From positions 12,524,001 to 12,588,000 of the forward strand of contig OZ176052.1 in NCBI GenBank assembly GCA_964247055.1: DNA of 64,000 nt, read 5' to 3'. The position numbers and the translations under genes were made by a program. A model generated the notes under the pieces. The model saw nothing but the letters and a program-made list of their open reading frames with translations, made no database searches and was not told where the DNA came from. Shown here in pieces: positions 63,833 through 64,000 of the stretch. The stretch's first letter is position 1. Every line of letters begins with the position of its first letter. Source of the stretch: Paragordius varius. Its lineage: Eukaryota > Animalia > Nematomorpha.

Positions 63833-64000
63833 AGTTTAAGGCTTCAATATATGGTAAAAATTATCTTAATTTTGAGATATGTATGTTTAATTATTTATAA
63901 TAACGCACAAAGTAAATATTTCGATTGGAGCACAAAAAAATTAATAAGTTAAGTGTTTTTATATAAAATATTTTTAATTATCCCTAAAAGCTTTTTTAAT

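Overview
This is very AT-rich animal nuclear DNA using the standard genetic code; there is no prokaryotic or CRISPR content. By manual splicing I reconstructed 12 protein-coding loci. They are: 5' part of citrate synthase (-), a signal-peptide protein with two tandem TGF-beta/BMP type I receptor-like ectodomains (-), KCTD10-like (+), NDUFAF2 (-), MEMO1 (+), a C2CD2L/CG10737-like SMP-C2-C1 protein (+), VMP1 (+), MRGBP (-), RSRC2 (+), HP1 (+), EXO1 (+) and an intronless atypical class A GPCR (-). NDUFAF2 and MRGBP are invisible in the ORF track, and the tandem-ectodomain gene appears there only as fragments. Main features: (1) 18 GT-AG introns of only 21-29 nt coexist with roughly 40-70 nt and kb-sized TE-filled introns. 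(2) Gene packing is extreme in places: 33 bp between the NDUFAF2 and MEMO1 start codons, and 5 bp between the VMP1 and MRGBP stop codons. (3) No transmembrane or kinase domain was found downstream of the double-ectodomain gene, so it may be a ligand trap. (4) An RTE LINE copy has a twin-priming-type 5' inversion and a 10-bp TSD. (5) A G:U-rich hairpin may be an ncRNA. Intergenic and intronic space is dense with hAT, piggyBac-like, foldback, Helitron, mariner and RTE elements. All homology calls come from motif recognition by eye and recalled family sequences; no database search was run.
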